Shown here in pieces: positions 41,264 to 52,902 of a stretch of DNA of 64,000 bases. Positions within the stretch are counted from its first letter, which is position 1; the number at the start of each line of letters is the position of its first letter. The DNA is taken from NCBI GenBank assembly GCA_963826715.1, contig CAWGYA010000008.1, forward strand, positions 32,001 through 96,000. Direction: 5' to 3'. Position numbers and translations under genes: made by a program. The DNA is from Candidatus Bathyarchaeota archaeon (GTDB lineage Archaea > Thermoproteota > Bathyarchaeia > Bathyarchaeales > Bathycorpusculaceae). The notes below the pieces were generated by a model that worked only from the letters and a program-made list of their open reading frames with translations, did no database searches and had not been told where the DNA came from.

Positions 41264-44200
41264 CTAACTTGTTAGGGTGGGTATTGATGGTGTTGCACCA
41301 TCAAGCAAGCTCCAGCCTGAGAAGCTATCAGTGGTCTGGTCTAAAATTCCATGCCACATGGTAACCTCATCACCGCCAACAACAACAATGTGAAGTTGAT
41401 CATCCACGGTCGTAGCTGCAGGAGTCTTTGCAGTTGAACCAGAGAAAGCCTCCCATCCTTGCCAACCCAGACTAGTATGTGTATTAAAGTAGATTCCACC
41501 ACTCATTCCTTTTACAAGCATTGTTACATCATCGCTCGTTTGGGAACATGTCAAGACTGCAGGAGCATCAGTCGTACCCGAAAGCATTTCCCAAGTAGAA
41601 GCACTGTTTGTATCAAGATTTACAGTACTGTACCAAAGAGTGCTGTTGATATAACTGTCAGTCGAGCTGTAGCCTCTAACCACCACATGAAGCATGTTAC
41701 CATTCTGAGTTGCCGCTGGAGTATCACAGGTTGCAGCATCTGCAATAACCTCCCAACTGCCCCATACTCGAGTTTCCGGATCATAGGTTCGATAGTATAT
41801 ACTGTTGTCTAATCCTTGAACTACAAGAGTCCCGGTCGTACCGTCAGATGTTAGAATTGGCGCCGAAATTGTTGTTCCACTAAGCACACTCCAGTCTGAA
41901 AAGACACTAGTTGATAGGTCAAGATAACCATGCCACAAGGTATAGCCATCTCCACCCTTAACAACTAAGTGAAGCTCATTGCCTATCACTGCAGCAGCAG
42001 GAGAATCAATAGTTTGACCTGGTAATGAAACCCAATCATTCCATGACTCAGAGATCGAATTATACGTCTTCACATAAATGCCATTATCTGATCCACGAAC
42101 AACAAGATAAGCATTCTCAGCCGCTATAGGAATGTCAACGACGTTTACTGTCCATTCTTGGTAGTCAGTCAACAAGCCATCGGATACTGTTACTCTGATT
42201 GTGTATGGGCCTGGTGCAGCTGTAGAGTCTGGTGTGTATGTCCAGTTGGCTGTTGTTGCTTGCTCTATTGTGTCTATTGTCCATGAGTAGCTGAGTGTGT
42301 CGCCATTGGGGTCTGAGGATATTTGGTTGAAGTCTATGCTTGAGCCTTCGTCAACACTTACTGGGTCTGCGGTTGGGGAGTACCAGTCGATTTTTGGAGC
42401 GATGTTCTCAAAGTTTGCGATAACATGTAGTGTGCTTGAGGTCATTGGTGTTCCATCTTCCCATGAGTCTATTGGGATAACTGTTACTGCGAAGTCATCT
42501 CCTATACTGGTTTCTTGGCTTACGATAGTGTTGCTTGCGCTTGAGCCGTCTTTGGTTTCGATGTAGCGTTGGAAGATTTGTTCAGCTGATAGTGCTCGCG
42601 GGTAGATGCGAACTTCGTCCATTTGACCGCCAAAGCCGTTACCAAGGTTTAGTAAGCCGTTTGAACTGGAGTCTATTGGGTCAGTGAACGGTGTGGTTGC
42701 CTGTATGGTTCCGTCTATGTAGAGGTTGAGTGCTACGCCGTCGTAGGTGATTACTACATGGTGCCATTCGCCCACGTTCTCGTAGTCGCTGAAATCAACG
42801 ATTGTACTTAAGCCGCCACTGTAAGCGTAGAAGCGGAAGCGATCGTTATTGGAGTTGTCGTAGACTCTGAGACGGTAGCTACTGGAGCCTTCAGTGCTTT
42901 GCATCATTATCGGATAACCGTTGCCATCGACTTTAATCCAAGATTCCACTGATAGCTGAGTCAAGCTACCTGTGCCGCTTAGACTGTTACTGACTTCCTG
43001 AACTGTAATTGCGCTGCCACTGGGGAAGCTATAAGCTCCGCCGACAACGCCGTCAGGAATCCACATTGCACCTACATTTAGTCCATCGTTACCAATGCTG
43101 GAATAGTCAAGCACAGTTCCGTTGTGATCGATGTATAGTGGGACTTCAGTGTCAAAAGGCATCACTAAGTTGGCGTATGGGTTGCCATTGACTGTCCAAG
43201 TATACACGTTGGTTACGTCGTCGCCGTTAGCATCATCTGTGTTCTGTGCTGTTGCGATTAGGTCTTCGCCGTCTTGGTTGCCGCCAGCGCTAGAGACTAA
43301 GCTTGGCACGTCAGTTGTTGGAGCAGTGTTTGCATAGATAGTGATTGGATCCGAAGTCACCATTGTGCCAAAATCTTCACCGTCGCTTGGTATTGCAGTG
43401 AAATACCATTCTTGGCCTGTAACAGTTGCTGAAGATGGAACCTGCAAAGCATCGTTGTAACTTTCCTGCAAAACATCATCCATATACCAGCGAATTTCAC
43501 TTCCAGATTCTGGGTTACCGTCTGCGTCATAGTAGGTGTAGACTGCATCTAGGTTTTGGCTCTGTAGACGTTGGTCGCCAACACGTAACGGGTAAATCTC
43601 AGGGTCTGAGGCAACTGGAGGTGTATTAATTATTTCAAAGCTTGTAGTAGTGCTCGTTGTTCCTTCATCGTATGAGTCTGTTGGAATTACGTCGCAAGCT
43701 AAGTCATCGCCTGAGCTGGCGAGTCCAAATGGCATGTATTTTGAGCTGCTGGTGTCGCCTGTAGCTGAGTTATCATACTCATTTTCTACTTGTTCTGCTG
43801 GAAGTGCATAGTTGAAGATTCTTACATCATCAATCATGCCAGCAAAAGGTTGTACGAGACGACCAATGTAAACTGGTTCACCCCGGCTTGGAGAAAGAGG
43901 TCCGCCGGAACTAGATGATTGTGCAACTTGAGCCCCATTTACATAAAGCCTCATGCCCACACCATCTTCATAAGTGAAAACGATGTGATACCAGGTTTCA
44001 AGTTCAAAGTTCACGTTTGCTGTTATGGCGCGCATGCGATCGACGGAGGCTTGGTTATCGTCATCGGCAACTTCTCCGGTGTATGGCCAAACTGCACCAT
44101 ATAAGCGATTGGCTGAGGAGCTTTCACTCTGGAACCCAAGGGCATAACTTGGAATCTTACCAACGATTGTTGAGCCATTGGTGTATTCATCAAGGTAAAC

Positions 44201-46500
44201 CCAAGCTTCAACAGTTACGCTACTCCAATCGCCATAGCCACCTAACTCGCGGTGGTTGTCAACTGAGTTTTGGTCGTTAAAGAAGCCTGCTCCACCGTCA
44301 CTTAGCACGATAGCATCATCTTTACCATCAAAATGATAAGCACCGCCAACAATTCCGTTCGGAACCCAAGCTGCACCGATTACTTCGCCATCGTTGCCAA
44401 ATCCGGAGTAATCCTTTGTTGAAGTTTCACTGCGAGTGTCGAAAGGCAATAGAACTTGATTCACAGAATCGCCGTTTACAGTCCATCTATAGATATTAGT
44501 GACGTCATTTCCGTTGATATCATCTGTTCCTTGAGCAGTAGTTGTAAAGTTAGATGTAACATATCCCATACCATCATCAGGAACCAAAATAGGTTGGTCT
44601 TGAGTTGGCGCACTGTTGCCAATTGGTGTTTCAAGTTCAGTGCGGAAAGTAAACATTGAGGACGTTGTTTCCGTGCCATCGTCTGCAGTGACAGTCCAGT
44701 AGTAGGTTGTGTCATAAGCTAATCCACTCACCGGAAGGGCAAGCTCATTCCATATAGAAGTTCCACTTGCAAGTGGAACATCGCTTACTGATCCAATGTT
44801 AGGTGAAGTCATCACTGAATAGGTCAAAGGATCACCCTGCTCATCCCTCAACTTGAAGCTTAAATCAGTAGTTGACACTGGGATTGCAAGTTTGTTATCA
44901 CCTGGATACATCGGCGCCACAAGAGGAGCAGTCCAATAGTCTTCGTCACCAGGCATTACCGTATGCCGAGCAACACCATGGCGGTCTTCACCATAGTAGG
45001 TAACTTCAGAACGCAGACGCTCAGTTTTTGTCAATCCATCCGCAACATTTCCTGTCCAACCAGGTGCGGGAGCTAAGGTATCAAAAGCATATACAGCACC
45101 TGAGGAAGCATCGACCAAGAGCTCAAGCAAACCATCACCATCAATATCTTGGGCAACTGGAAAACCAAGCTGAGTGCTCAAATGTCCACTGCCATATGTT
45201 CCAGGTGTATTTCCAGGGACACGGGTAACGTTCTGAATACTCTCGTAATCACTGTTCCATATGAAAATTGCGCCATACCAAAAGTTTTCATTGGCATTAT
45301 CGACAGATGTTCCGTTGGGGCACGATATTATTTCAGGACCTGGATTAGTCGGATCAATATCAGCAACTAGTGGACCCCATTTCCAGTCTCCATCAGCAAG
45401 AGAAAGTTGCGCATCCATCTGACCCGTCACTAAGTCGAAAACGTCAGTGTACGCTTGGTCGTCGTGATCACCGTCGTCACACAACAGCTCTAAATGTCCA
45501 TCTTGATCAATGTCGTAAGCAGTTGTTCCGTAGTGAACAGACAAATTGTTATTCCTCCAGTGATAGATTACTTCGCCATTTGTAGAATTAAGGACCCACA
45601 TGTTGTTGTACATGCCTGTGATAATATCTTGTATTCCGTCACCGTTAACATCTGCAAGAATTGGGGCCTGACTGCTGGTTAAATCATCAAGACGAATCCA
45701 GCGTTCAGTCAAGTTTGCAGCCCAATAAGATTTCACACCCTTGCCGTACCCACCATCGCTATAATCCATATCTCTATCACCTTGGTAGAGCTCAAATTCG
45801 CCATCGTTGTCGGTATCACCTAATGCGAGTCCACCAGAACAGGCACGCCAAGTAAAAGTTGTAGCCAAAATATTACCTTGATAATCTATTCTAACTATAG
45901 TACCATCATAACCACCTAATGGTGAAACATCCTGAGAAGCAAGGAAAATATCTAAGTGACCATCCCCATCAATGTCTCCAGCCACAGGTTTTGCCATGAC
46001 ACTACCGGACCCCACAGAACCACCAGGAGCCTGATCAGCCTGAGAATAAACTACCCACATCTCAGAAAGAGTTGAATCACCATCATATTGAACTGCAGCT
46101 AAACCAGGTTCATAATACAAAACAATAAAATATCAAGAACACCATCTCCATCAACATCATACAATTGTGGTTGACTGTAGGTTCCAATACGAGAGTTGTG
46201 ATATGTCGCAATCGTGGCCCCAGTGGTTCCATCAAATACATAGATGGTATCACCGCCAGTGCCACCACCTCCACACCAAACAACGTCTTCTTGACCGTCA
46301 CCTGTGACGTCACCCGCCACCATGCCACTCTCCCAATTGGTGCCTACACCGGTTCTCGTCCATTTAGGAGTCAAAACAGTTGTAGGACCAGCAGCCGATG
46401 CTTGAGGAATAATCAAAGCTAATGGCGTAACTAACATGCTAATTAATAGTACACTAATTAAAGTGAGATTAAACAAAGATTTACTAGATTTATGCAACAT
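41264..46500 (-). CDS. giant secreted acidic protein (about 1750 aa): FG-GAP/VCBS propeller, 2 LamG-like domains, Ig-like domains and C-terminal beta-propeller; frameshift about 46120
   Basis: ORF 46099..46518 (signal peptide, DVTGDG, DVDGDG) joins 41264..46120. About eight DxDxDG-type motifs; LamG motifs (TVEAWV...WYHIVFTY...LYVNG...IDDVRIFN; WHHVVITYDG...MDEVRIY); Trp-rich C-terminal repeats. Confidence 0.85.
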
Positions 46501-46850
46501 ACATTTTACCTTCATCAATTAAAGTAGTTTTACCAAAACCGCTAATAAAGCAGTATTCCTAAAACTGATATATCACTATTTATATTTTGCGTGAACTATA
46601 AAAAAATTTGCCTAAGACTAAAAAAGGCAAATGAAGAAAAACGTAACTCATCAAACACCAAAAAGTGGAAATTAACCACAATTATATTTAGGTAAACGCC
46701 GATTGTAGCTTAATATCAGCTAAGAACAAAACGACGATACAACGAGCGATATAGCAAAATAAAATCAGGAACAAAGTGCAATTAAGACCCAAAAATAAAA
46801 GATCAGAAAAACTCCCAAGAAACTAAAATTTGCAGAAAATCAGTAAAAAG

Positions 46851-48434
46851 TTAACTCAAGAAAAAAACTGGAGTATTCTTTGCTGATAACTTATTATTAA
46901 CCCCTGCGATTTTAGTAAGAAAAGGTATATTTTGAATTGCAAAACTAGCTTGCTTTAATTCTGAAGGAGATACAACTTTGGCAATAGGCATCAATGTAAT
47001 GTAAGTAAATAGGTACAAGATAGCCCCTATAACAACTCCCAACAAACTGGAAAGTCCAGAATACGTAAGAATTAAAACTGGAGCCACAACAGACAAAATT
47101 GATGTCACATAGATCTTAAGCAAAGGCAAATTATCAAATTTAATCTTAAAGCGCCTGCGAGCATAAAAAGATGAGTAAATTTGACCTGAGGCGTTAGCAA
47201 TCAAGTACGCAATAATTAAACCCATAACACCAAATATACTCGCCAATAGCGGTGACAGAACTGCAAGAACAAGGAAAGTTAGTAGACTTATTCGCATGGT
47301 TATCTTTGTTTGACCTAGACCGTTGTAGAAACTCGCCAAAGTCAAGTAACCAACGCCCACCAAAAGGTAGACAAGACAATAAGTCCATAGAAACTGCGGG
47401 GCAGAATCATACGTCGACCCATATACAATGTGAACAATCGGATAAGAAAATGCAATTATCAAAATAGTCACGGGAACTACAATCATAGCAGTATACTTAT
47501 TAGCTACCTTGAAAAAATTAGATATTCTTTTACTATCGCCACTTTTGAGCTTTGAAAAAGCAGGAAGCATAATAGTCTGAATCGGAACCGAGAGAACTGT
47601 CAGTAACATAGCAAAATTCGTAGCAGCCTTAAAATTACCAATAGCAGCATCAGTGACAAAAAACGCAAGAACGATGTTTTGGAAAAGCGGAACCACCCCA
47701 ACAAGAACTGTAGACAAATAAAGAGGCGAACCATAATGCAACAAAACCTTTGTATTATCAGCAAAGCTAAACCTGCCCAAAACACCGAGAGGCTTCTGCT
47801 TGCGCAACAAAAAGTAAACCAAAACAACACCTACAACACCACCTATCAGATAGCTTACGACATGACCGATAATCGCTCCGGCAACAGCAAAACCCATAAG
47901 GATAAGCACAATTTGAATCAACGTCTTAGCAAATGACTGAATGTTCAAAGTCAACGCATTATACTCATTCTTATCCATCCCCACAAAAGCAGAAACAGAA
48001 GTAGCAAACAAAACCTGAAAGAGTATGGAAATGGCAGAAATCTGAACCAAAAAGCTCAACTCAGGCCTCTGCAAAACTACAGAAGCCAAAAAATCTGCAA
48101 AAACAAAAGTAAAAACAGATATTATTACACCCATTAACACTCGCAAAAGCAATCCATGCTTTATGATTGACGCTAAACGGCTATAATCACCCTTAGCTTG
48201 AAAATCTGAAGCAAACTTTGTAACACCCTGATTCAAACCAAGATCAGTAAAGAGAAACAGCAACTGAGGAATCACAATAACCAGCGAATATTGGCCATAA
48301 GAGTCAGAACCCAGCAATCGAGCAATAAGAATAGCACTTACTGCTAAAACAACAGTGGAAATTGCTGTTCCTGAAATCAGGAAGAAACTTCCCCGAGCAG
48401 ACTCTTGAGCAACCTTCATTACTTCATCTGACAT
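46851..48434 (-). CDS. oligosaccharide flippase (Wzx/MOP family)
   Basis: About 14 TMs; IARLLGSDSYGQYSL, DLGLNQGVTKF, LPAFSKL. A possible extra G near 46900 alters the last ~15 residues. Confidence 0.9.
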   Translation of the reverse strand: MSDEVMKVAQESARGSFFLISGTAISTVVLAVSAILIARLLGSDSYGQYSLVIVIPQLLFLFTDLGLNQGVTKFASDFQAKGDYSRLASIIKHGLLLRVLMGVIISVFTFVFADFLASVVLQRPELSFLVQISAISILFQVLFATSVSAFVGMDKNEYNALTLNIQSFAKTLIQIVLILMGFAVAGAIIGHVVSYLIGGVVGVVLVYFLLRKQKPLGVLGRFSFADNTKVLLHYGSPLYLSTVLVGVVPLFQNIVLAFFVTDAAIGNFKAATNFAMLLTVLSVPIQTIMLPAFSKLKSGDSKRISNFFKVANKYTAMIVVPVTILIIAFSYPIVHIVYGSTYDSAPQFLWTYCLVYLLVGVGYLTLASFYNGLGQTKITMRISLLTFLVLAVLSPLLASIFGVMGLIIAYLIANASGQIYSSFYARRRFKIKFDNLPLLKIYVTSILSVVAPVLILTYSGLSSLLGVVIGAILYLFTYITLMPIAKVVSPSELKQASFAIQNIPFLTKIAGVNNKLSAKNTPVFFLS

Positions 48435-48603
48435 ATGAAACCACCTCTAAAATCGCTATCTAACACATAACAATTATGCCCATTGAGCTCCAGAAAATCC
48501 AATATAACCTTTGTCACAACTAGGTCACAAATAAATTCACAAAATAGAGCCGCCCCAAAAAAATGTGAAAAAAGAACCAGAAAAAAGAATCGGTTCCGTG
48601 TCC

Positions 48604-49806
48604 TCAATTAACCAGCTCATAGAACGCAGGATAAGGAGTGAACCCATTCCAGATATTGTAGGTTTCACCCGTTCCTTTGGGTTGGCTAGCCCAGCAGAAG
48701 ATCCTATCCATATCATGGTTCTTTGCATACTGCACGAAAGCGGCAACGTAGCTTGCCTGAACAACTGTATTAGAATTTACTTTCCCAAACTCAGTTATCC
48801 AAATTTCTTTTCCCTGACTATGGGCAGTGTTAACGGCGGTTAAGAGCTTAGCTTCGGTAGTTCCATAGACTGAGACACTGGGGTTGCGAGCGTCCCAGTA
48901 TGTGTTTCTTGCCAGAAAGTCACAAGCTGCATCAATCGCAGGAGAATAGTGACCTGTGCTTGGTGAATATCCGCACATAAACCGAACTGAAACCGGTTTA
49001 TCTGTTAAGTCTTTTGCCGCAGTTATTACTCTAAGGATAAAGTTGTTGTTATCAGTTGTTGCATGGATGGCTGGAGGCTCGTTCATAACCATGAATGCTT
49101 TAACACCAGGAATGTCCATAGCTTTTATGAGATTTTCAACATATTTCACGTAGTGATTCTGGGCGGTCTGGCTTGGGAAAATTTGGTTCTCAAGTGTAGT
49201 ATACCAAGAATGACTGTCAATGTTCACTTGGATTCCTGCTTCAGAAGCGGCGGTAACTATTTTCTTTGCGACATTAATGGCGGTTGAGGATGGAGATTCT
49301 GAGGTATATTCGTTGTAAGCATTGAATCTTAGGGTTATTTCAGGGAGACCTTGATTGTCTATTGTGGATATGAATGTGTTTATGTTTGAGTCCGTAAAAG
49401 AGTAAAAGTTGATGAGTTCTGTTGATACAATTGTGCTTTGAGTTGGAGAGGGAGTAGGAGAAGGTGTAGCCGTGGGCACTGCAGTGGGAGTAGGTGAAGG
49501 AGCTACAGTTGGCGATGGAGTAGGAGAAGGTGTTGCCGTGGGTGCTGGAGTGGGAGTAGGTGAAGGAGCTATAGTTGGCGATGGAATAGGAGAAGGTGTA
49601 GGATTTGGAACTATGCGGATAGTTCCAAAAGCATGTAGATTAGCGTTTGGATTTGGGTCGGAATTCTTGACTAATTCGAATTCAGTAGAAAAAGCCTCAG
49701 TAGAAGGTTTCTTTGCCATGCCCAAGGGAAGAAGGGCAGCAAATATAGTGAGGATCAATACCGATATTACCAAGATTTTTTTTGATCTCGAAATTAATAG
49801 TTGCAA
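48604..49806 (-). CDS. secreted clan GH-A (GH5-like) glycoside hydrolase with an N-terminal Pro/Thr linker
   Basis: Signal peptide, PT repeats, MVMNEP (acid/base), IWITEFG (nucleophile), IFCW. Confidence 0.75.
   Translation of the reverse strand: MQLLISRSKKILVISVLILTIFAALLPLGMAKKPSTEAFSTEFELVKNSDPNPNANLHAFGTIRIVPNPTPSPIPSPTIAPSPTPTPAPTATPSPTPSPTVAPSPTPTAVPTATPSPTPSPTQSTIVSTELINFYSFTDSNINTFISTIDNQGLPEITLRFNAYNEYTSESPSSTAINVAKKIVTAASEAGIQVNIDSHSWYTTLENQIFPSQTAQNHYVKYVENLIKAMDIPGVKAFMVMNEPPAIHATTDNNNFILRVITAAKDLTDKPVSVRFMCGYSPSTGHYSPAIDAACDFLARNTYWDARNPSVSVYGTTEAKLLTAVNTAHSQGKEIWITEFGKVNSNTVVQASYVAAFVQYAKNHDMDRIFCWASQPKGTGETYNIWNGFTPYPAFYELVN
49445..49610. repeat. coding Pro/Thr linker tandem repeat (66-bp period)
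   Basis: gtgggagtaggtgaaggagcta.agttggcgatgga recurs 66 bp apart and encodes [16 protein letters not shown] units. Confidence 0.8.
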
Positions 49807-49900
49807 GCTCGGTCGTAAATCTTACGACACACACAATCTTATAAGCTATATGCATCACAAATCAATGATAATACCTGTTGAACAAAAACACTACAAAAAA

Positions 49901-51556
49901 TTACCTATTCCCAAACACAACAAAGCCTTCGCTATCATACACTCGATTAAATCCCAGAGAATCAGCATCTCCATTTAAGGCATCAGAGAGAGGAGTATGC
50001 TGCATAAAATAATAGTAGTAGTTATCAGAAGTATTAGAAAGCACTACATAGTCACATCCAGAAGCACTATCTAAGACCTCGGCTGAACTAGGCACATACG
50101 TAAATGGTAAATTCTGTAAAACATCATAACTAATATTCTTAGCAGGTTCAAGATATCTCTGGAGCAAAGAAAAATCATACATAACCACAATATCGTTGGG
50201 AGTTTTCATAGTAACAAATTGAGCCCCCGAAAGATCAGTCTTCGTTTCAAGAGTGTAAGAATCAGCCCCATACTGAGCGGGTATATTTAGGAATAACAAA
50301 GCCACAATGACTACAACCAAAAGCTTAGGCTTCTTTGCTATAGCTAGAACACTAAAATATGAAAGTGGAAGCAAAGCAAACATAAGCGCACGTTGATAAC
50401 CTTCATGCGGACCATACTGAAAAAAGACAGCAACGACAATTAACACTACAAGCAATACAGCCCAAAAAATATTGATGTCATCACTAAAGAATTTGCTTCG
50501 CGAAATCTTGCTCCTGAAAGCCAAAATGATTCCAATGAGGGGCACTATACAATCAAAAGCTATAATCGCTAAAGTCGACCTATAATTCAAAACTTGTGCG
50601 GTAGAACCTGCAAGTCTGGACGACTCCTGAAGAATGCCACTCTGTATGGAAATCAGACCAGCAAAAACTTTTACCAAATAAGCAAAGAAGCCAATTGTAA
50701 AAATCAAATTATACAACAAAAATATCAAAAGAGCCAAAATAATCAACGGACCTGCATCCGAATGAATCCTAACTCGGTTAAAACGCTGTGAGATATATAA
50801 CACCGAAACAACGACAAGAGACATAACCGCTGAAAGAAAATGAGTGAAAATCGTACCAGTAAAGACAAGTAAAAACAAACCAGCCAAGACCGTTTTGTTA
50901 GAATTTTCAGAAAAAACGAATTTTAGAACTATTAAGAGACTTAGGAGGAAAAACAGAAAACCGAAACCCGGAGGCCCAAAGTACTGTTGCCGGAACCAAA
51001 AACTAGCAACAAATATTCCTACTCCAAGAAGTGAATGCGGAATAGTAAAACGCATTCGAAGTATAAAAAAGGTCAAAATTGCACAGAACGAAATAATAAA
51101 TACTGGAAATAGCTTCAAAATCGGAGTCACAGAAATTGCGGACAATTGAGTAAATATGCTTGAAAAATAGATAAACAGAGGCCAATTATAGTAACTATTT
51201 AGAGGTTGTCCAATACGATGAATTAAATGACCAGACGAATTAACTAAAGAACTCTCTCCGAATGGATAATAAGAATTGCTCAACCAGACCGGGTCTCTCA
51301 TGACTGCTGGAGCAAAGAAAAGATACCCGATAGTCAAAATAAGCGCAATCGATAAAACCCAGTTCTTTTTAGTGCCAAAAAACCATAGAGTGCCTAAACC
51401 GCCCAGTCCAATCCAAAAGGTAATTGGTAAAGAACTAGCTAAACCTAACCCAGACGGAGCAACGGAAAATATACGAGTAGTGCCAACGCTAAAGATCAAT
51501 AGACCAACAGTAATTCCGATCAGTAAATACATGAGAATATTTTCTCTCTGCGCCAT
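49901..51556 (-). CDS. GT-C-like or polymerase-like polytopic membrane protein
   Basis: About 13 TMs; YYNWP, QQYFGP, FTHFLS and YQRAL motifs; C-terminal soluble domain ending NRVYDS. Lies inside the polysaccharide operon. Confidence 0.6.
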   Translation of the reverse strand: MAQRENILMYLLIGITVGLLIFSVGTTRIFSVAPSGLGLASSLPITFWIGLGGLGTLWFFGTKKNWVLSIALILTIGYLFFAPAVMRDPVWLSNSYYPFGESSLVNSSGHLIHRIGQPLNSYYNWPLFIYFSSIFTQLSAISVTPILKLFPVFIISFCAILTFFILRMRFTIPHSLLGVGIFVASFWFRQQYFGPPGFGFLFFLLSLLIVLKFVFSENSNKTVLAGLFLLVFTGTIFTHFLSAVMSLVVVSVLYISQRFNRVRIHSDAGPLIILALLIFLLYNLIFTIGFFAYLVKVFAGLISIQSGILQESSRLAGSTAQVLNYRSTLAIIAFDCIVPLIGIILAFRSKISRSKFFSDDINIFWAVLLVVLIVVAVFFQYGPHEGYQRALMFALLPLSYFSVLAIAKKPKLLVVVIVALLFLNIPAQYGADSYTLETKTDLSGAQFVTMKTPNDIVVMYDFSLLQRYLEPAKNISYDVLQNLPFTYVPSSAEVLDSASGCDYVVLSNTSDNYYYYFMQHTPLSDALNGDADSLGFNRVYDSEGFVVFGNR

Positions 51557-51573
51557 AGGAAATCGATCTCTAA

Positions 51574-52887
51574 TTATATTGAAACATCTAACTTTGACTC
51601 TATTATTTTTAGTTTACCTGTCTTATTTAATGGCATTTCCTCAACGAAAACTATTGAAAACTCCATGGAGCCATCTTCAACTCCAAACATCGTTTTGAAA
51701 TGAGCCACAATTTCAGCCTCGATAATGCCCTCATCAACCGATGAGCCCTGCAACTTGAGATAAATCTTGATTCTATCCTTTTTTTCTTGCACAATTCGAA
51801 ATTGCTCAATGCAACTATTCAATCGAAAACTACTCATAGACACTGTAACAGCCCGAGGCGACAGCACCCGACCATCCGGGAGAAACAATAAAGAATCACT
51901 CCGACCCTCAATTCTACTCAACAATGGCAGAGTCCTACCACAGGAACATTCTTCACTAGAAAAAACACCAAAATCACCAACCTTATATCTAATCAAGGGC
52001 ATCGCGTAATTAAAAAGGCTAGTACACACTATCTCACCACTCAACCCAGCCCCCACTTCATTATCGCTAGCATCTACAGCTTGCATAATAAGCGAATCGG
52101 CATCTATATGATAACCTACCCGCTCAGGACACTGCCAAGCCATCCTCTCAAACTCAATCGTTGCATACTGATCATAAAAAGGAGCATCAAAAACATCTTC
52201 TATTACGTTTCTAGAAGCATCATCAATCAGTTCCGCGCCCCCAAAAATAATTTTAGGATTAATTCTAGGAATACCTTTTTTGCGGACTTCATGCGCCAAT
52301 AAAGATAAAGAACTTGAATAGCCATCTAGAATCTTAGGCTTAAATTTTCCTATGATTGACAGTTGCTTGTCTACATCCCAAAAAACCGAGACAAACTTGG
52401 GACTATAAAAGCGCAAATGTTTTTGGATCCCACCAACCTCACTGAAGTGAGAAGGCGAAGTAACAGTAAGCCATCGATCAAAAAACTTATGCCCAACACT
52501 AAAATTAGCTCTAAGATGCTTTGCTTTCCTAAAACCATCTTCCGCTCTACTAATATAAATACGCAGAGGCGTTCCAGTTGAACCACTCGTGGAAAGAACC
52601 CGCAAATTCTGTTTTGAATAATCCGATGAAATAAAATCACCCGAGTTTTGCCTGATGTCACTTTTGGTAATAATTGGCAACTTTTGCAGGTCATCAACAG
52701 TTTTTATTTGGTCAGGTTTGATCCCAACTGAATCAAACTTTCTTCGATAAAAAGGAACAGAATCGTAAGCATGCTGCACTACCTTCCGCAGACATCTATT
52801 CTGGTGCTCAACGAGATCATCTTTCTTCATATGAAGATTTCTCATAAGCCTATAGAAACTCTTAAGCGTACCATAATAATATGACAA
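51574..52887 (-). CDS. phenylacetate-CoA ligase-like adenylate-forming enzyme (CapK family)
   Basis: HAYDSVPFY, LPIITK, STSGSTGTP, YATIE, MPLIRYKVGD, IEGR, TGK. Confidence 0.9.
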   Translation of the reverse strand: MSYYYGTLKSFYRLMRNLHMKKDDLVEHQNRCLRKVVQHAYDSVPFYRRKFDSVGIKPDQIKTVDDLQKLPIITKSDIRQNSGDFISSDYSKQNLRVLSTSGSTGTPLRIYISRAEDGFRKAKHLRANFSVGHKFFDRWLTVTSPSHFSEVGGIQKHLRFYSPKFVSVFWDVDKQLSIIGKFKPKILDGYSSSLSLLAHEVRKKGIPRINPKIIFGGAELIDDASRNVIEDVFDAPFYDQYATIEFERMAWQCPERVGYHIDADSLIMQAVDASDNEVGAGLSGEIVCTSLFNYAMPLIRYKVGDFGVFSSEECSCGRTLPLLSRIEGRSDSLLFLPDGRVLSPRAVTVSMSSFRLNSCIEQFRIVQEKKDRIKIYLKLQGSSVDEGIIEAEIVAHFKTMFGVEDGSMEFSIVFVEEMPLNKTGKLKIIESKLDVSI

Positions 52888-52902
52888 ATAACCATCCTCT
52901 AA

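Noticed and set aside
49445-49610. Short periodic G-rich repeats (also 27795-27920 and 28575-28700) as a CRISPR array
   Set aside because: They are in-frame Pro/Thr linker codons with no unique spacers, and there are no cas genes in the window.
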